Shown in pieces: positions 26,711 through 40,095 of a DNA stretch of 64,000 bases; within the stretch, counting starts at the first letter, position 1; every line of letters begins with the position of its first letter. The DNA is from Octopus sinensis (taxonomy: Eukaryota): assembly GCF_006345805.1 (NCBI RefSeq), contig NC_043006.1, forward strand, positions 77,748,001 to 77,812,000. The letters run 5' to 3'. The notes beneath the pieces are model-generated. The model had not been told where the DNA came from, made no database searches, and saw only the letters and a program-made list of their open reading frames with translations. The position numbers and the translations under genes were made by a program.

Positions 26711-26769
26711 GTGTATGTATACATTTAAATATAAGTATGAGTGTATGTATATATATACATATATATAAA

Positions 26770-26801
<32 letters not shown>

Positions 26802-26807
<6 letters not shown>

Positions 26808-27278
26808 ATTGAAGAAATGGAGTTGAACGAAGATTGAACAGAAATCGTTTTATTGCATTCTACACGTGTTTCGAAAGGCACAATTTACCAAATTCTGTTT
26901 GGCCATGGGCTCTTAGGAGCCTCGTTCGATTTGTTTTGCTCCGCCTCTGTTCTGTTTTTGTTTTTTCCAACGGATTTCCTATTTCTTCCTGAAGAGAAAG
27001 ACACAATATGGTCTCCTTATTCAATCGGAATTTGGTAAATTGTGCCTTTCGAAACACGTGTAGAATGCAATAAGACGATTTCTGTTCAATCTTCGTTCAA
27101 CTCCATTTCTTCAATTCACTAATAATATTAAAATTCAATTATCCGCACCAACGCACGGTTGCAACACCATAGGGTTGTACCTCCAACTGTGCTGTCTTCT
27201 GCTGTGATTTTTGCTACCAAGGTATCGGTTAAACTTTTGATTAATCTGCAACAAGATTATTCATCTTTCTATTTCACA
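26802..27278 (+). mobile_element. Fold-back element P1 (384-bp unit with 94-bp inverted 5' piece)
   Basis: 26802-26895 is the near-perfect reverse complement of about 27028-27121. The unit 26896-27278 ends at a TA array. Confidence 0.85.
26980..27072 (+). ncRNA. Predicted type I hammerhead ribozyme
   Basis: Stem I TATTTCTTC / GAA(T)GCAATA; core CTGAAGA; stem II GAAAGACACAAT / ATTGTGCCTTTC; GAAA; palindromic stem III ACACGTGT; cleavage triplet GTA (27060-27062). Folded by eye. Confidence 0.65.
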
Positions 27279-27280
27279 AA

Positions 27281-27350
<70 letters not shown>
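27281..27350. repeat. (TA)n microsatellite
   Basis: Seen directly. Confidence 0.95.
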
Positions 27351-27358
<8 letters not shown>

Positions 27359-27737
27359 TAGATTTTTTTCTGAAAGCGGAATCAATCAATATTAATTTAT
27401 CTTAGATAAGTGTGATGGGACTAATTTAGTCGAACATCAAAGGATCTTGTCAATGTTTCTTAATCAGAATTATCGGCCAATTTACAATTAACACTATTGA
27501 TCCACTCTTAAGAGAAAATGCGAAGTGTAATGTGCATAAATTTCCGAACAATTCTGTGAAACAATGCTGAATGGAATTATTTTCTGAAACCGGAATTTTA
27601 TTGCTGAAAACTTATCGTATTACTTACAAAATTTGGGAATTTCCTTATGAAGTTGTGTGTAGCTCTATTCATGTACATTCCAATATAAAAACATTTGCAG
27701 CAAACAATGTCTCAGAAGGGAAGCAGATATATGTGAT

Positions 27738-27866
27738 CGAAACGGGGACAGGAGCAACGTGAGATGAAGGATTCTGCTCAAGAACACAACGCGCCGCCCA
27801 AACACGGAACCGAACCAACGATGTAGCAATCGTGATCGCAACAGCCCAACTGCTAGAACACGTCCA
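27738..27866 (-). mobile_element. SINE family C fragment
   Basis: GAGCAACGTGA..TGCTCAAGAACACAACGCGCCGCCC..GAACC..GCAATCGTGATCGCAACAGCCCAACT, homologous to 24575-24796. Confidence 0.75.
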
Positions 27867-28186
27867 TTTTTTGGCATATATCCTCATTCTTCTTTGGAGA
27901 GAACATGCATCTTATTTTAGTAGAATGAGAAACAAAATTTATAATTTATCTACGACAGTAATATGGAAAAGCTGATATCAAATCTCATACTATATCCAAT
28001 AAAAATGTCGCCAGCTTTCAACCGTTCTCTGATTCATTCAAAATACACACAGAAATACTCACATACACACACATGTACACATACACACACACACACATAT
28101 TGCTACATTTGGGGAAAGGGTTAGTTGCCAAATAACTACACGCATTATATACTTGTTTTTCATTTTAGTTTTAGCATTATTATTAA

Positions 28187-28228
<42 letters not shown>

Positions 28229-28229
<1 letters not shown>

Positions 28230-28776
28230 GAGTGAGAGAGCAGTGCATGCCATTATAATGACACTACGGTAAAATATACGAAGCCCAGTATACCCATCAT
28301 GACTACCCGTCTGATAAGGGTACACCAGACACATGCATCACAACCATATGTGCGCAACATGGTGATCTCATATCAAGATAAACAGCACATGACCTTGCAG
28401 GTGGGGCCCAGTTAGAATTTTCTTCAGGTTGAGTAGCCCATCCCGCTCAAAAGGTCCCTGAATAAGGACTTGTTAGGATGTTGAACGAACCACTCATGTT
28501 TCCAAAGGTGAATTATCCAAACCTCCAAGAATTACTTTCAACACGCGGCTAAGATGCTCCCCCACTACCTCTGCTTGTGATGCACATATCGTCAGCCACC
28601 AAGAGACATGATCAACTGCTTAAGGTCAAACGAATGACAAGCAAATATGTGGTATTGAGCAGAATATTTGCTGTAGCCCATCTTTTATACCAAGACAAAA
28701 CAATGTACATGATAACACTTCTAATCAGTTAAGATCAGGAGCCCCGAGAGCCACTGCCTGGTTCTGCATCAGGGCA
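28229..28776 (-). mobile_element. Element X copy 3 (near complete)
   Basis: TGAGTGAGAGAGCAGTGCATGCC...CTGCATCAGGGCA on +, with ATT repeats on both sides. Confidence 0.85.
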
Positions 28777-29116
<340 letters not shown>

Positions 29117-29537
29117 TTTCAGTGCCCTTTTTCTGAAATTATTTGTCACACATCTCTCCATTCCGCGTGTTAATTAAAAAGAATTTATAAGTACCGCCAA
29201 GATAAATCTGAAAATGAATACACATTTAATCCTTCTTCACCGAATTATATTTCGTTGACCTAATGATTATGGTTTGCGTTTTTATTAGAAAAATAAAATG
29301 AAATACTTCTCTTATAATAAAATTTCCAGAATTTTCAATCAGTGCAATAAATAAAAAAATATTTACAATTTAACATAATGTCTTGAAGAACTTAGCAGCT
29401 TAGTGTATATATGGAAATACTCTTTTGTACGAGATATAAATATATTTAAAATATGTATCCTAAAAAAGAGAAGTGCAATTTTCGAAAATTGGTCAATGTT
29501 CAGCAATACATATAAATTTCATACTCTATCTATTTCC

Positions 29538-29587
<50 letters not shown>

Positions 29588-29618
29588 TATATATATATAT
29601 ATTATATATATAATATAT

Positions 29619-29672
<54 letters not shown>

Positions 29673-29759
29673 AGGAAGAATCTTGGGAAAATATAAAAGA
29701 GTTTAACAAGTTCATTAAAATATTTGGCACAAAAGATTACTACATATATATATACATTA

Positions 29760-30650
29760 TCAAGAAGAAGTTTCATTCGGGATGACATCAATCACCTGTC
29801 ACATCTACCCAAAACAACAGAACCTCATTTACTGTTATTTAGCTTTGATGTAACTAACTTATATACAAACATCCCTCATGACTTGGGACTTACTGCCATA
29901 AAATATAGGGCCGAGAAACATAGAGAGGCGATCACCAGTAGATCTACTGTAACCTACATAATAGACGCGGTCAGCCTCATCATCGAAAACAATACATTCC
30001 TTTTCAACGGGGAAAAAAACTACCTCCAAATTCGAGGCACAGCCATGGGGATGCAATTTGCTCGTTTTCGTGAACTCAGTATTGGGATAATTGGAACAAG
30101 ATCTATATTAAAACAATAGAAGTGAATTAGAGCATGACCTTTAAAAGACATATAGATGACACGTGGAAAAGTTACCTCGATGATTGTTTCCTAATTTTGA
30201 CCAAATTAACAGAAAATCTGGAAAAATTCAGTACCCTCCTCAATAATCTACACCCCTATCTTAAATTCACAAGAGAAATGAGTACTACACAATTGCAATT
30301 TCTTGACTTAATTATAAAAACGATACAACAATCACACTTGATATTTATTAAAAAAGCACAGATACACACCAGTACCTAAATTTCAAATAATGCCGCGCAG
30401 TACACACAAAACGCAACATCCCATAATGTCTAGCCAGGGAAATTTGTACTAAAGTAGATGGTACAAATACCAGAGACACACGACTTATAGAACTCAAAGG
30501 ATTTCTGCTCAAGCAAAATAACCCACTCCTACTTAGAGAAAATAGTATATAACGATCAAAAGAGATACCTGTAGAACAACTTAGGGCAACACGAAAAAGC
30601 CAAACCCATCAAGGGAACACAATGCCATTTCTAGTAATACATAGCTACAG
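29760..30650 (+). mobile_element. Decayed Penelope-like reverse-transcriptase fragment
   Basis: LLFSFDVTNLYTNIPHDLGL...ENNTFLFNGEKNYLQIRGTAMG...WKSYLDDCF...LNNLHPYLKFTRE...QFLDL...TDTHQYL are PLE RT motifs, with several frameshifts and stops. Confidence 0.85.
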
Positions 30651-30955
30651 AATATCGGTACTCCTGGCGAACCGGGATGTCTAAGATGCATGCGGATTGA
30701 TCAAATAGGTATTCTAAAAATTCAGCTCGCTGGAGCGTTCTAACTGTCAATTAAATACATTTGAAATCTGATGATTATGTATGAAGGCGCTAATATATTT
30801 TTTTAACGTTAAATTACCACAATAAAAAAAAACACGAAAACCAGACCATGTTTTAATTTTATTCAACTGATATATTATTCTATACACATTCACGCAAATT
30901 TGAAACAACATATATACATGTGTGTGTGTGTATGTGTGTGTGCGTGCGTGTGTAC

Positions 30956-30988
<33 letters not shown>

Positions 30989-31196
30989 TATGTGAAATAG
31001 AAAGATGAATAATCTTGTTGCAGATTAATCAAAAGTTTAACCGATACCTTGGTAGCAAAAATCACAGCAGAAGACGGCACGGTTGGAGGTACAACCATAT
31101 GGTGTTGCAACCGTGCGTTGGTGCGGATAATTGAATTTTAATATTATTAGTGAATTGAAGAAATGGAGTTGAACGAAGATTGAACAGGAAACGTTT

Positions 31197-31289
31197 TATT
31201 TCATTCTACACGTGTTTCGAAAGGCACAATTTACCACATTCCGATTGAATAATGAGACCATATTGTGTCTTTCTCTTCAGGAAGAAATA
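31197..31289 (-). ncRNA. Predicted type I hammerhead ribozyme
   Basis: Same motif as 26980-27072, with stem I TATTTCTTC / GAA(T)GAAATA. Confidence 0.65.
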
Positions 31290-31418
31290 GGAAATCCGTT
31301 GGAAAAAACAAAAACAGAACAGAGGCGGAGCAAAACAAATCGAACTAGGCTCCTAAGAACCCATGGCCAAACCTGTTCTCCGCCTCTGTTCTGATTTTGT
31401 TTTTTCCAACGGATTTCC

Positions 31419-31511
31419 TATTTCTTCCTGAAGAGAAAGACACAATATGGTCTCATTATTCAATCGGAATTTGGTAAATTGTGCCTTTCGAAACACGTGT
31501 AGAATGAAATA
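31419..31511 (+). ncRNA. Predicted type I hammerhead ribozyme
   Basis: CTGAAGA at 31428, GAAA at 31490, palindrome ACACGTGT, cleavage after A31501. Confidence 0.65.
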
Positions 31512-31569
31512 AAACGTTTTCTGTTCAATCTTCGTTCAACTCCATTTCTTCAATTCACTAATAATATAT

Positions 31570-34170
31570 ATATATACATATGCATGTGTGGGGTGGCGTG
31601 TGCGCGTGTGTGGATATGTGTGTGTATGTACGTAATTAAACTTTACTTTTGTCTAATTACCTCAAGATGAAGGTAATAACAATGGACTCATTTGGAAGAC
31701 AACAAAGGCGTTACTTTCAAAATAAAGTTAATAATATGAAATACTAAAACGAAAGGAAAAGCAAATAAGAATAAGAGCAAAACCAATACATTGTTAAATA
31801 CTTTTTTGTAAAGGTGTATAGGTTTGCAAAAATTAATTTTAGGAAAGATATATAAATATATCAAGAAATACTAACAAATAATAGGAAATTTAAAGAAGGC
31901 GCCTCAGTCAAATGTAATTAGACGTGCCAATAATATTTATCAGCACAGCATAATTTCCAGATTGTAAAAATATGACCTCGTGATTGTATGCATATGATTG
32001 AAACGAATATTGCTGATGTGCAAATAATCAAATAGACATACAAATGCACTTGCACAAATAATGTTAACTTCGTATGTTTTATGCTGTTTTGTCTTTTTAC
32101 TGTCACATATAACAACTTTCTTGTGAATACAGGAATACTTGCTGACGTTGTTTTCTGTGTATATAATAGCACCATTATATATTGTTTCGTATTAGATGCG
32201 CATTATTCTCCGCCTGTATACAATAACTTTTTATGTAATCTATTGTTCGACAATGCAGCTTTGTGAGATATAAAATTTAAGTCTCACACTGAAGTATTTT
32301 TTTTTTTGTTCATCGTTGTATTGAAACGAATAAACAGGCGCAATCCGAATGGAGAAAAGTACTGTTTAACGACTGAGGAAAAGAACATTATTGTGAAGTT
32401 TTCTGTGAGAAATTTTATGAACTTTCAGCTTGTATAATGATTAGTTTCAGCTATATCTTATTTAAACATTGATTTTATTTTCATTTCTTACATACTTCAC
32501 GAGTTAAGCATTATTTATATATGAATCTAAGTCTGTGTGGTTTGTGTGTGTATGCATTGTGCATGAGTATGCGGTGTGTGTGTGCCTGCGTGTTAGTGTG
32601 TGTGCTTTTGTGCGTGTGTTTCTATATAAACGGGTGGTAAGGTTGTATTTAACATACTAGGTGCTATACAGTAAATACACTCTATCAAACGTAGAACTGT
32701 ATGCAAAATATAAAATTGACAATATATAAGTTTTATATCATAAAATGTGACATCCACATTCAAGTTTCAACATGCAGGTGATTTGAATGTTTGCAAGAGA
32801 AATTTCACTGCAAAAATATATAAACAACTATTACACAAACTTATGCACGCGTACACACATATATATATATATACATATGCATGTGTGGGGCGGCGTGTGC
32901 GCGTGTGTGGATATGTGTGTGTATGTACGTAATTAAACTTTACTTTTGTCTAATTACCTCAAGATGAAGGTAATAACAATGGACTCATTTGGAAGACAAC
33001 AAAGGCGTTACTTTCAAAATAAAGTTAATAATATGAAATACTAAAACGAAAGGAAAAGCAAATAAGAATAAGAGCAAAACCAATACAGTGTTAAATACTT
33101 TTTTGTAAAGGTGTATAGGTTTGCAAAAATTAATTTTAGGAAAGATATATAAATATATCAAGAAATACTAACAAATAATAGGAAATTTAAAGAAGGCGCC
33201 TCAGTCAAATGTAAATTAGACGTGCCAATAATATTTATCAGCACAGCATAATTTCCAGATTGTAAAAATATGACCTCGTGATTGTATGCATATGATTGAA
33301 ACGAATATTGCTGATGTGCAAATAATCAAATAGACATACAAATGCACTTGCACAAATAATGTTAACTTCGTATGTTTTATGCTGTTTTGTCTTTTTACTG
33401 TCACATATAACAACTTTCTTGTGAATACAGGAATACTTGCTGACGTTGTTTTCTGTGTATATAATAGCACCATTATATATTGTTTCGTATTAGATGCGCA
33501 TTATTCTCCGCCTTGTATACAATAACTTTTTATGTAATCTATTGTTCGACAATGCAGCTTTGTGAGATATAAAATTTAAGTCTCACACTGAAGTATTTTT
33601 TTTTTGTTCATCGTTGTATTGAAACGAATAAACAGGCGCAATCCGAATGGAGAAAAGTACTGTTTAACGACTGAGGAAAAGAACATTATTGTGAAGTTTT
33701 CTGTGAGAAATTTTATGAACTTTCAGCTTGTATAATGATTAGTTTCAGCTATATCTTATTTAAACATTGATTTTATTTTCATTTCTTACATACTTCACGA
33801 GTTAAGCATTATTTATATATATGAATCTAAGTCTGTGTGGTTTGTGTGTGTATGCATTGTGCATGAGTATGCGGTGTGTGTGTGCCTGCGTGTTAGCGTG
33901 TGTGCTTTTGTGCGTGTGTTTCTATATAAACGGGTGGTAAGGTTGTATTTAACATACTAGGTGCTATACAGTAAATACACTCTATCAAACGTAGAACTGT
34001 ATGCAAAATATAAAATTGACAATATATAAGTTTTATATCATAAAATGTGACATCCACATTCAAGTTTCAACATGCAGGTGATTTGAATGTTTGCAAGAGA
34101 AATTTCACTGCAAAAATATATAAACAACTATTACACAAACTTATGCACGCGTACACACACATATATATAT
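31570..34170. repeat. Near-identical tandem duplication, ~1.3 kb unit x2
   Basis: GCATGTGTGGGG at 31582 and 32879; units differ by only a few substitutions and 1-2 bp indels. The junction lies in a TA tract. Confidence 0.9.
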
Positions 34171-34209
34171 ATATATATGTTCCTTTATATATGTGCACAT
34201 ATGTGTACG

Positions 34210-34405
34210 TGTCTCTCATTAAAACCCCACTATACACGTGTTGTTGGCGATTTATTTTCCTTCTTTAGACATTTTCCCTTTCTCCTTTCTGACGAAGAGG
34301 AATGCTCGAAACGACAAACTCTCTCTTCTAACAAGCGTCATGCTTATTACATTCGTTGTGCATGTCCTGTTGTCTTTTAATTTTATTTATTTATTTATTT
34401 GAATT

Positions 34406-34408
<3 letters not shown>
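34210..34408 (+). mobile_element. Short HHR-bearing PLE-derived element ending in (TA)n
   Basis: CTTT CTGACGA A GAG GAATG CTC GAAACGAC AAAC (34285-34319), a degenerate minimal hammerhead. Confidence 0.55.
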
Positions 34409-34469
<61 letters not shown>

Positions 34470-34473
<4 letters not shown>

Positions 34474-34920
34474 GTAAGAATTTACAAAAGAACAAAAGAC
34501 GAAAACGGTGTGTAAGCAACAAACCGATGTATTAGTTTAACGGTCGGGAAGTGTGAAAGTCTTTGACGTTTCGAGCCTAGGCTTTTCCACAGAAAGGAAC
34601 GCAGAAATAAACAGGGAGACAAAATTGAAGAAAGTATAATGGCTAGTGATCTATCTTAACGAATGCCGGACAGTGGGGTCACACAGGAGAGCTGAGAATT
34701 GGGGGAGATAATAAAGTAGTGGTGATCCCAAAATGAAGGTGCGCGTGCGTATGTATGTGAGAGCGTGTATGTGCGTGTGGAAGGGGACTGGTGGGATTGA
34801 TTTGTGTGTGTGTGTGCATGTGTATGTGTTTAGATGGTGGTCTAGGTGCTGGGAAGTGCTCAGTGCTAATATGTGCGCTGGTGTGGGTGCTAGGGAGTGG
34901 TCAGTGGTAGTGTGTGCGGG
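34470..34920 (-). mobile_element. Short HHR-bearing PLE-derived element ending in (TA)n
   Basis: Minus strand CTTT CTGTGGA AAAG CCTAGG CTC GAAACGTC AAAG (34561-34596). Same architecture as the 34210 and 15470 elements. Confidence 0.5.
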
Positions 34921-34992
34921 TTGGTGTGATGTGGAGTCTCTCTCTGTCTCTCTCTATCTATCTATCTAGATATCTATCCATCTATCTATCTA

Positions 34993-35030
<38 letters not shown>

Positions 35031-35133
35031 AATATTTAAAAATTGAGGGAGATAAATTAATATTAATTTTAATATCAATTTAGAACCAGTACTCCAGCAT
35101 TCTGGCCGGCTACCTAGCAGGCCAGCCCTGCCA

Positions 35134-35176
<43 letters not shown>

Positions 35177-38100
35177 CATGCATGCAAATATATATGTATG
35201 TATATACATGCTTACACACACAAACACACATGCACTAACAAACACATTCACATTTGTCAATATCTATTTGAAATGAAACTTCTTTGTTTAATTCCGTTTC
35301 TATCTAAAAATCTTTGGATTTTTTATTTTCTAGTTTGTCTTGTATTGTTTCATATTTACCAATTATTGTATCGGATCTATTGATATTTCGCTTACTCCTT
35401 CAACAGTTCACTAAAAACATGTTTCTATTTTTACATATCCTATTCACAATGCCCATACAAACTTGATTTATTAGTGGGATTCTTTTCATCTTTGTCTTTT
35501 CATATCCTTTGATTGCTTCATTTGTTATGATTTACAAACAATAGGTATGCTGATGTTTATCGCTAGTGTCTAGACAGATCCGACTTACTGGGACCTATTT
35601 GGTCTATGTCACAATTCAAACCATTGAAATTTCATCAATATATAGTAATTCTCTCTGAACCATTTAATTCTCATCTCTATTTTATTAAGATATATTCCCA
35701 ATGTTTGCAACGGAACTATACTTGTGAGAGAGCCAAGATCTACCGTTTTATATTGATTGTTCTTTTATATCCTGAATACACCCTAATAGTTTGCCTTTCG
35801 AGGATCTCTCCTCTTTTTCTTATAGGCATTTTTGTTTCTCTTAATTTAACCCACCTGTTATAGCCCCTTTTTATCGACGCGTTTGTCTTTCAATTAAACA
35901 ACTTGTAGTATACAACAATTAATTTCCATCATAATGTAAACCATTGTCGTTCTTGTCAATATATTAATTGCAATGCTGGTTTGTTTATTTCACAATAATG
36001 GTTGGCAGACATTTGGCACAAACTTATATACCTTAAAGCCACCTTTTCACTATTCTCCCACGTATGTTTTCTATCCAACGTATAACATTATCAGATGTAT
36101 TGTTCATAAACGGCTGCAGCAAATAGATCTACAATGTTCTCCTCCACAATGAATTGATGCCGTAGACATTAGCGACAACAATTCCAAGCTGCATCTCTTT
36201 AGATTTTCAAGTATTGTAGAAAATAAAGCCTAAGGAAAAAAAAAACTTTTATTTTGGCCCAAATTTTTGAATATTGCTTCGCACTTTGCTTTGGAATTTA
36301 TAATACTGCAAAAATAATTCCGGTTTATGCATGTCAGTTGAAACGAAAATATTCCTCCCTTTCTAGACATCGTTAAGAAGCTCCTCTACCGCATAGCTTG
36401 GGATTTTATACCGATGGCACGAAACAACATGAATGAAGAGACCATGGAGAGATAAAGAAAGGAATAGAGTTATTCAAAGGGTTTCAATTTAACCTAATAC
36501 TAGTATTAACGTAACATAAGATAGCTACTTAGATATACAATATATTTAAAATATATTTAAACACGGTCAAATATGGACACAAACATTCCAAATAGCCCAA
36601 GTGATTATGATACTTGCATCAGAAGTATAAGACGTATCCCCTTATAAATTCTTAGAGAGTGAGGTCCTCATCATGTTCCACATTTACAATAACATTTACA
36701 AAAACATTGCTTGTTTGGCCTGGCGTTAGTGCGATGTCAAAAGACAAGAATCCCGAAACCCGTCAAACTCATGCACCATATAAGAAGCCAGATGTTTAAC
36801 TAGCCATTCCAAATTAAGGTACCTTTAATACAAACATGAGCCTGGAATCTTCACATAAGACAATTATTAATAGGATAAGTGAAAATCTGTAGGCAGTAGC
36901 TGACTTTCCAATAGCTGTCTAGTAATTTCAGAAATTCCGCTCAGAGTCCATTTCATCTTTAGTATTCCGATGTGGAGACATAAAAAGAAATATCTATATC
37001 CCCAGTGGGTTGTATTCAAAGGAAATTCGGCCTTAGTACGTTATTCTAATTTCGTTCTCCTTAAGGACCAGGAAAAATTTCTTCGTGTGAAAAATTTATT
37101 CGTTATTCGTGTGAATACTTAGAAAAGATAGAAAAATTTATCGCTAAGATGAAACATCGATAAGAATAATGATTCTTACAGAGACGAACCCTTAAAATAC
37201 AAGTCATGTGTAAATGAAAATCTTCAGATATTACGGCAGCAAATAGTATCGCCTACACAGAGAATAGTCATAATTTGAAAATGTCATCATCCGTGATCAT
37301 GTTGCACAAGATCTATACTTCAGAAAATTTACGATATCAAAAGGGTTCAAGAAGTGTGTTTGAAGAACAGATGATTAAAAACATCACAAGTTGGCAATGG
37401 GTGTTTTCACCTACCAATCAGTATATATATATATACTGATTGGTACGTGAAATACACACACACACACACACACACATATACATATATATATATATTAAAG
37501 AAGTTTGAAAATGCTACTATATAAGATAAATTTTAATTTTCTTAGAGATTTTACATGTTTCGTTTCTTCTTGAAAAAAAGGAACCTCATCAAAAATATTT
37601 TTAAACGTTAAGTGTAATAAAAAAGTTCATAATTGTTTCTTACTAATCTCAATAGAGTCCAAATGGTGATGTTTTGTTTGGAGGAGGGCATAATGGCTGT
37701 CTTCTGCGTTGACTAGATTCGTTGGCTGTAATCGTGAAAAGTATATATATATATATTATATATATATATAGTTAACTGCCCATACGGGCGAGTGTGTGTG
37801 TATCAAAATGACCGGAGGTGTGGGTATAGACGTAATTATATCTGGGTACTGACACACCTAATTTTTTAAATTATCGTATGTTCTATTCTCATTATTCTTA
37901 TTATTCGTCTTAATTACTCCCTATCTGCGTCTATTACTTAGCAACGGAAACTTGCCTAGTCATTCCTGCGCAGCGGCTTCAAATTACTGTCACTGACAAT
38001 ATACTATATTAAATCCGAGCGTAAAAAGTTCATTTGACGAGATACCTCTTATTATGTCTGCTGATGAGACGCTTCTGCCCCGAGGGATACACCGCAACTA

Positions 38101-38233
38101 GTCGTTTAGCTTGCCACCCACGAGAGATCGATACAGGATGTGTCAACTCGATCTCCGTGAGTAATAATGTTTACCGTGTATTCCAGTTTCCGTCTGTGTC
38201 ATTTGTTTTGTGTGTGTGCGTGCGTGTGTGTGC

Positions 38234-38265
<32 letters not shown>

Positions 38266-38804
38266 ATTTGTATGTGCCTGCGTGTATATATACATATAGA
38301 TTCCTTCCTGCAAGGGCCTTGCAATCGAATCATGCTTTCAACTATAACAAATATCTTTATTTATTCTGGAGACTGTTCGAGTATTACTTTGTACCATATT
38401 GTACATAATACCAAAGTCTATTTTGTTAAAATGCTCTCGGGTTTGCATATTAATGAGTGTGTATGTGAACGTGAGGGAGAAAGCGAGAGAGAGTGTGTGT
38501 ATGTGCACATACACTTATTGATGTTTCATCTTAGCGATAAACTTTTCTACCTGTCTTCTCTGAGTATTCACACGAATAACGATAGGGGTATAAATTTTTG
38601 CCTGGTCCTTAAGGAGAACGACAGTAGAAGATTGTACTAAGACCGAATTACACCTACACATTTGTGAAAGTGTAAGAATATACAAAATAACACACCTCTC
38701 AAGAACTTTTGAGAATGAACACGAAAAGGATTTCCTTGGGCACCCATAAACGCGTTACATCGTTAAGTGTTCTATTTTTGTATACTTATATCGCGGATAA
38801 GTAT

Positions 38805-39034
38805 TACTTTTACTACTCACAAGGGGCTAAACACAGAGAGGACAAACAAGGACAGACACACGGATTAAGTCGATTACATCGGCCCCAGTGCGTAACTGGT
38901 ACTTAATTTATCGACCCCGAAAGGATGAAAGGCAAAGTCGACCACGGCGGAATTTGAACTCAGAACGTAACGGCAGACGAAATACCGCTAAGCATTTCGC
39001 CCGGCGTACTAACGATTCTGCCAGCTCGCCGCCT
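38805..39034 (-). mobile_element. SINE family B, well preserved
   Basis: Reverse complement of GGCGGCGAGCTGGCAGAATCGTTAG...GAGTTCAAATTCCGCCG.GGTCGACTTTGCCTTTCATCCTTTCGGGGTCGATAAATTAAGTACCAG... Confidence 0.9.
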
Positions 39035-39949
39035 TTTTATCATACCGTGACGAATTACAGAATACCCTTAAAACTGGTAAGTTTTCCACATAATTGAATT
39101 TATAATATCTTTTGTGACAGCACTGCATAATTCGCTGTACAGTTTCCATTTTCAACAACTTTTCTGTACACGATATGCACTAGATCGAACATCTATATAA
39201 CTAGATATAGGACTATTTCACTAGAACTTTTTGCAGTGTCACCAACTGTATCCCCTAAGTGACCACCGCTCAATTATTGGTACTGTTCAGGGGAATTTCC
39301 TCTTCTGCGATGTGATCTGAGAAGATTACGTCCATCATTGGGAAAACCACATCACACTTCATTTCAATCTATTTCTTACTTCTGTTTTACTACTAAATTC
39401 TGTTAGCTACCACATGCACCTCATTTATACTGCAATGAATTATCTTGATTTTTTTTTTTTACAAGTCTTATTTGCTAAACTAAAATAGGTATGGTCAATT
39501 CAAATAACTGAAGTATATTACTGATTGTGAATTTATTGACTCCAGAAGAATGTAAATGATAATTGATTTTTATTAAAGCTACTAGTCTCTTTTGGATACT
39601 AAGTAACATTTATAGCACAAAGACCTACAACACTACCATTTATTTGACTTCATATTTGCCATTCTGTATTATTCCACCCCCATATTTTCCCCTATTCATT
39701 CTCGTCTGCATTCTAAATATACAACTTTCATCTCTGCTTTTATTTTATTTATATCTTTCTATTTCGTTTTCGTTCTTTCTCCGCCCGCCTATTAATCCAT
39801 TCAAAAGAAATATTTGTTTTCCTAGTTCTTTCTAGTGAGATGTTTGGTGTTGATGCATTATGTTTGATCATATCGATGCAAGCGCGAGTGAACACCAATT
39901 TCTTTCTTTCTCTCTTTCCCTCCCTGCCTCTCTCCCCCTCTCTTTGTAT

Positions 39950-40001
39950 ATGTATATATATATATATACTTGCATATATACATGTGTGTGTATATAAATG
40001 T

Positions 40002-40095
<94 letters not shown>
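39950..40095. repeat. (TA)n microsatellite
   Basis: Seen directly. Confidence 0.95.

Larger units (their letters stand above)
30991..31565. mobile_element. Fold-back element P2 (full unit on - strand plus ~190-bp inverted copy)
   Basis: 30991-31372 is the reverse complement of P1 26896-27278 with few differences. 31146-31332 pairs with about 31378-31565. Confidence 0.85.

Noticed and set aside
28540-28776. Element X as a U1-like RNA or HDV-like ribozyme
   Set aside because: GTAGTGGGGGA matches only a few U1 bases. A tentative HDV fold near GGCTCTCGTGGC lacks a canonical L3 and P1.1. Neither can be supported without a model search.
31918-33473. Identical 85-aa ORFs at 31918 and 33216
   Set aside because: A consequence of the 1.3-kb duplication, with no recognisable domain or splice support.
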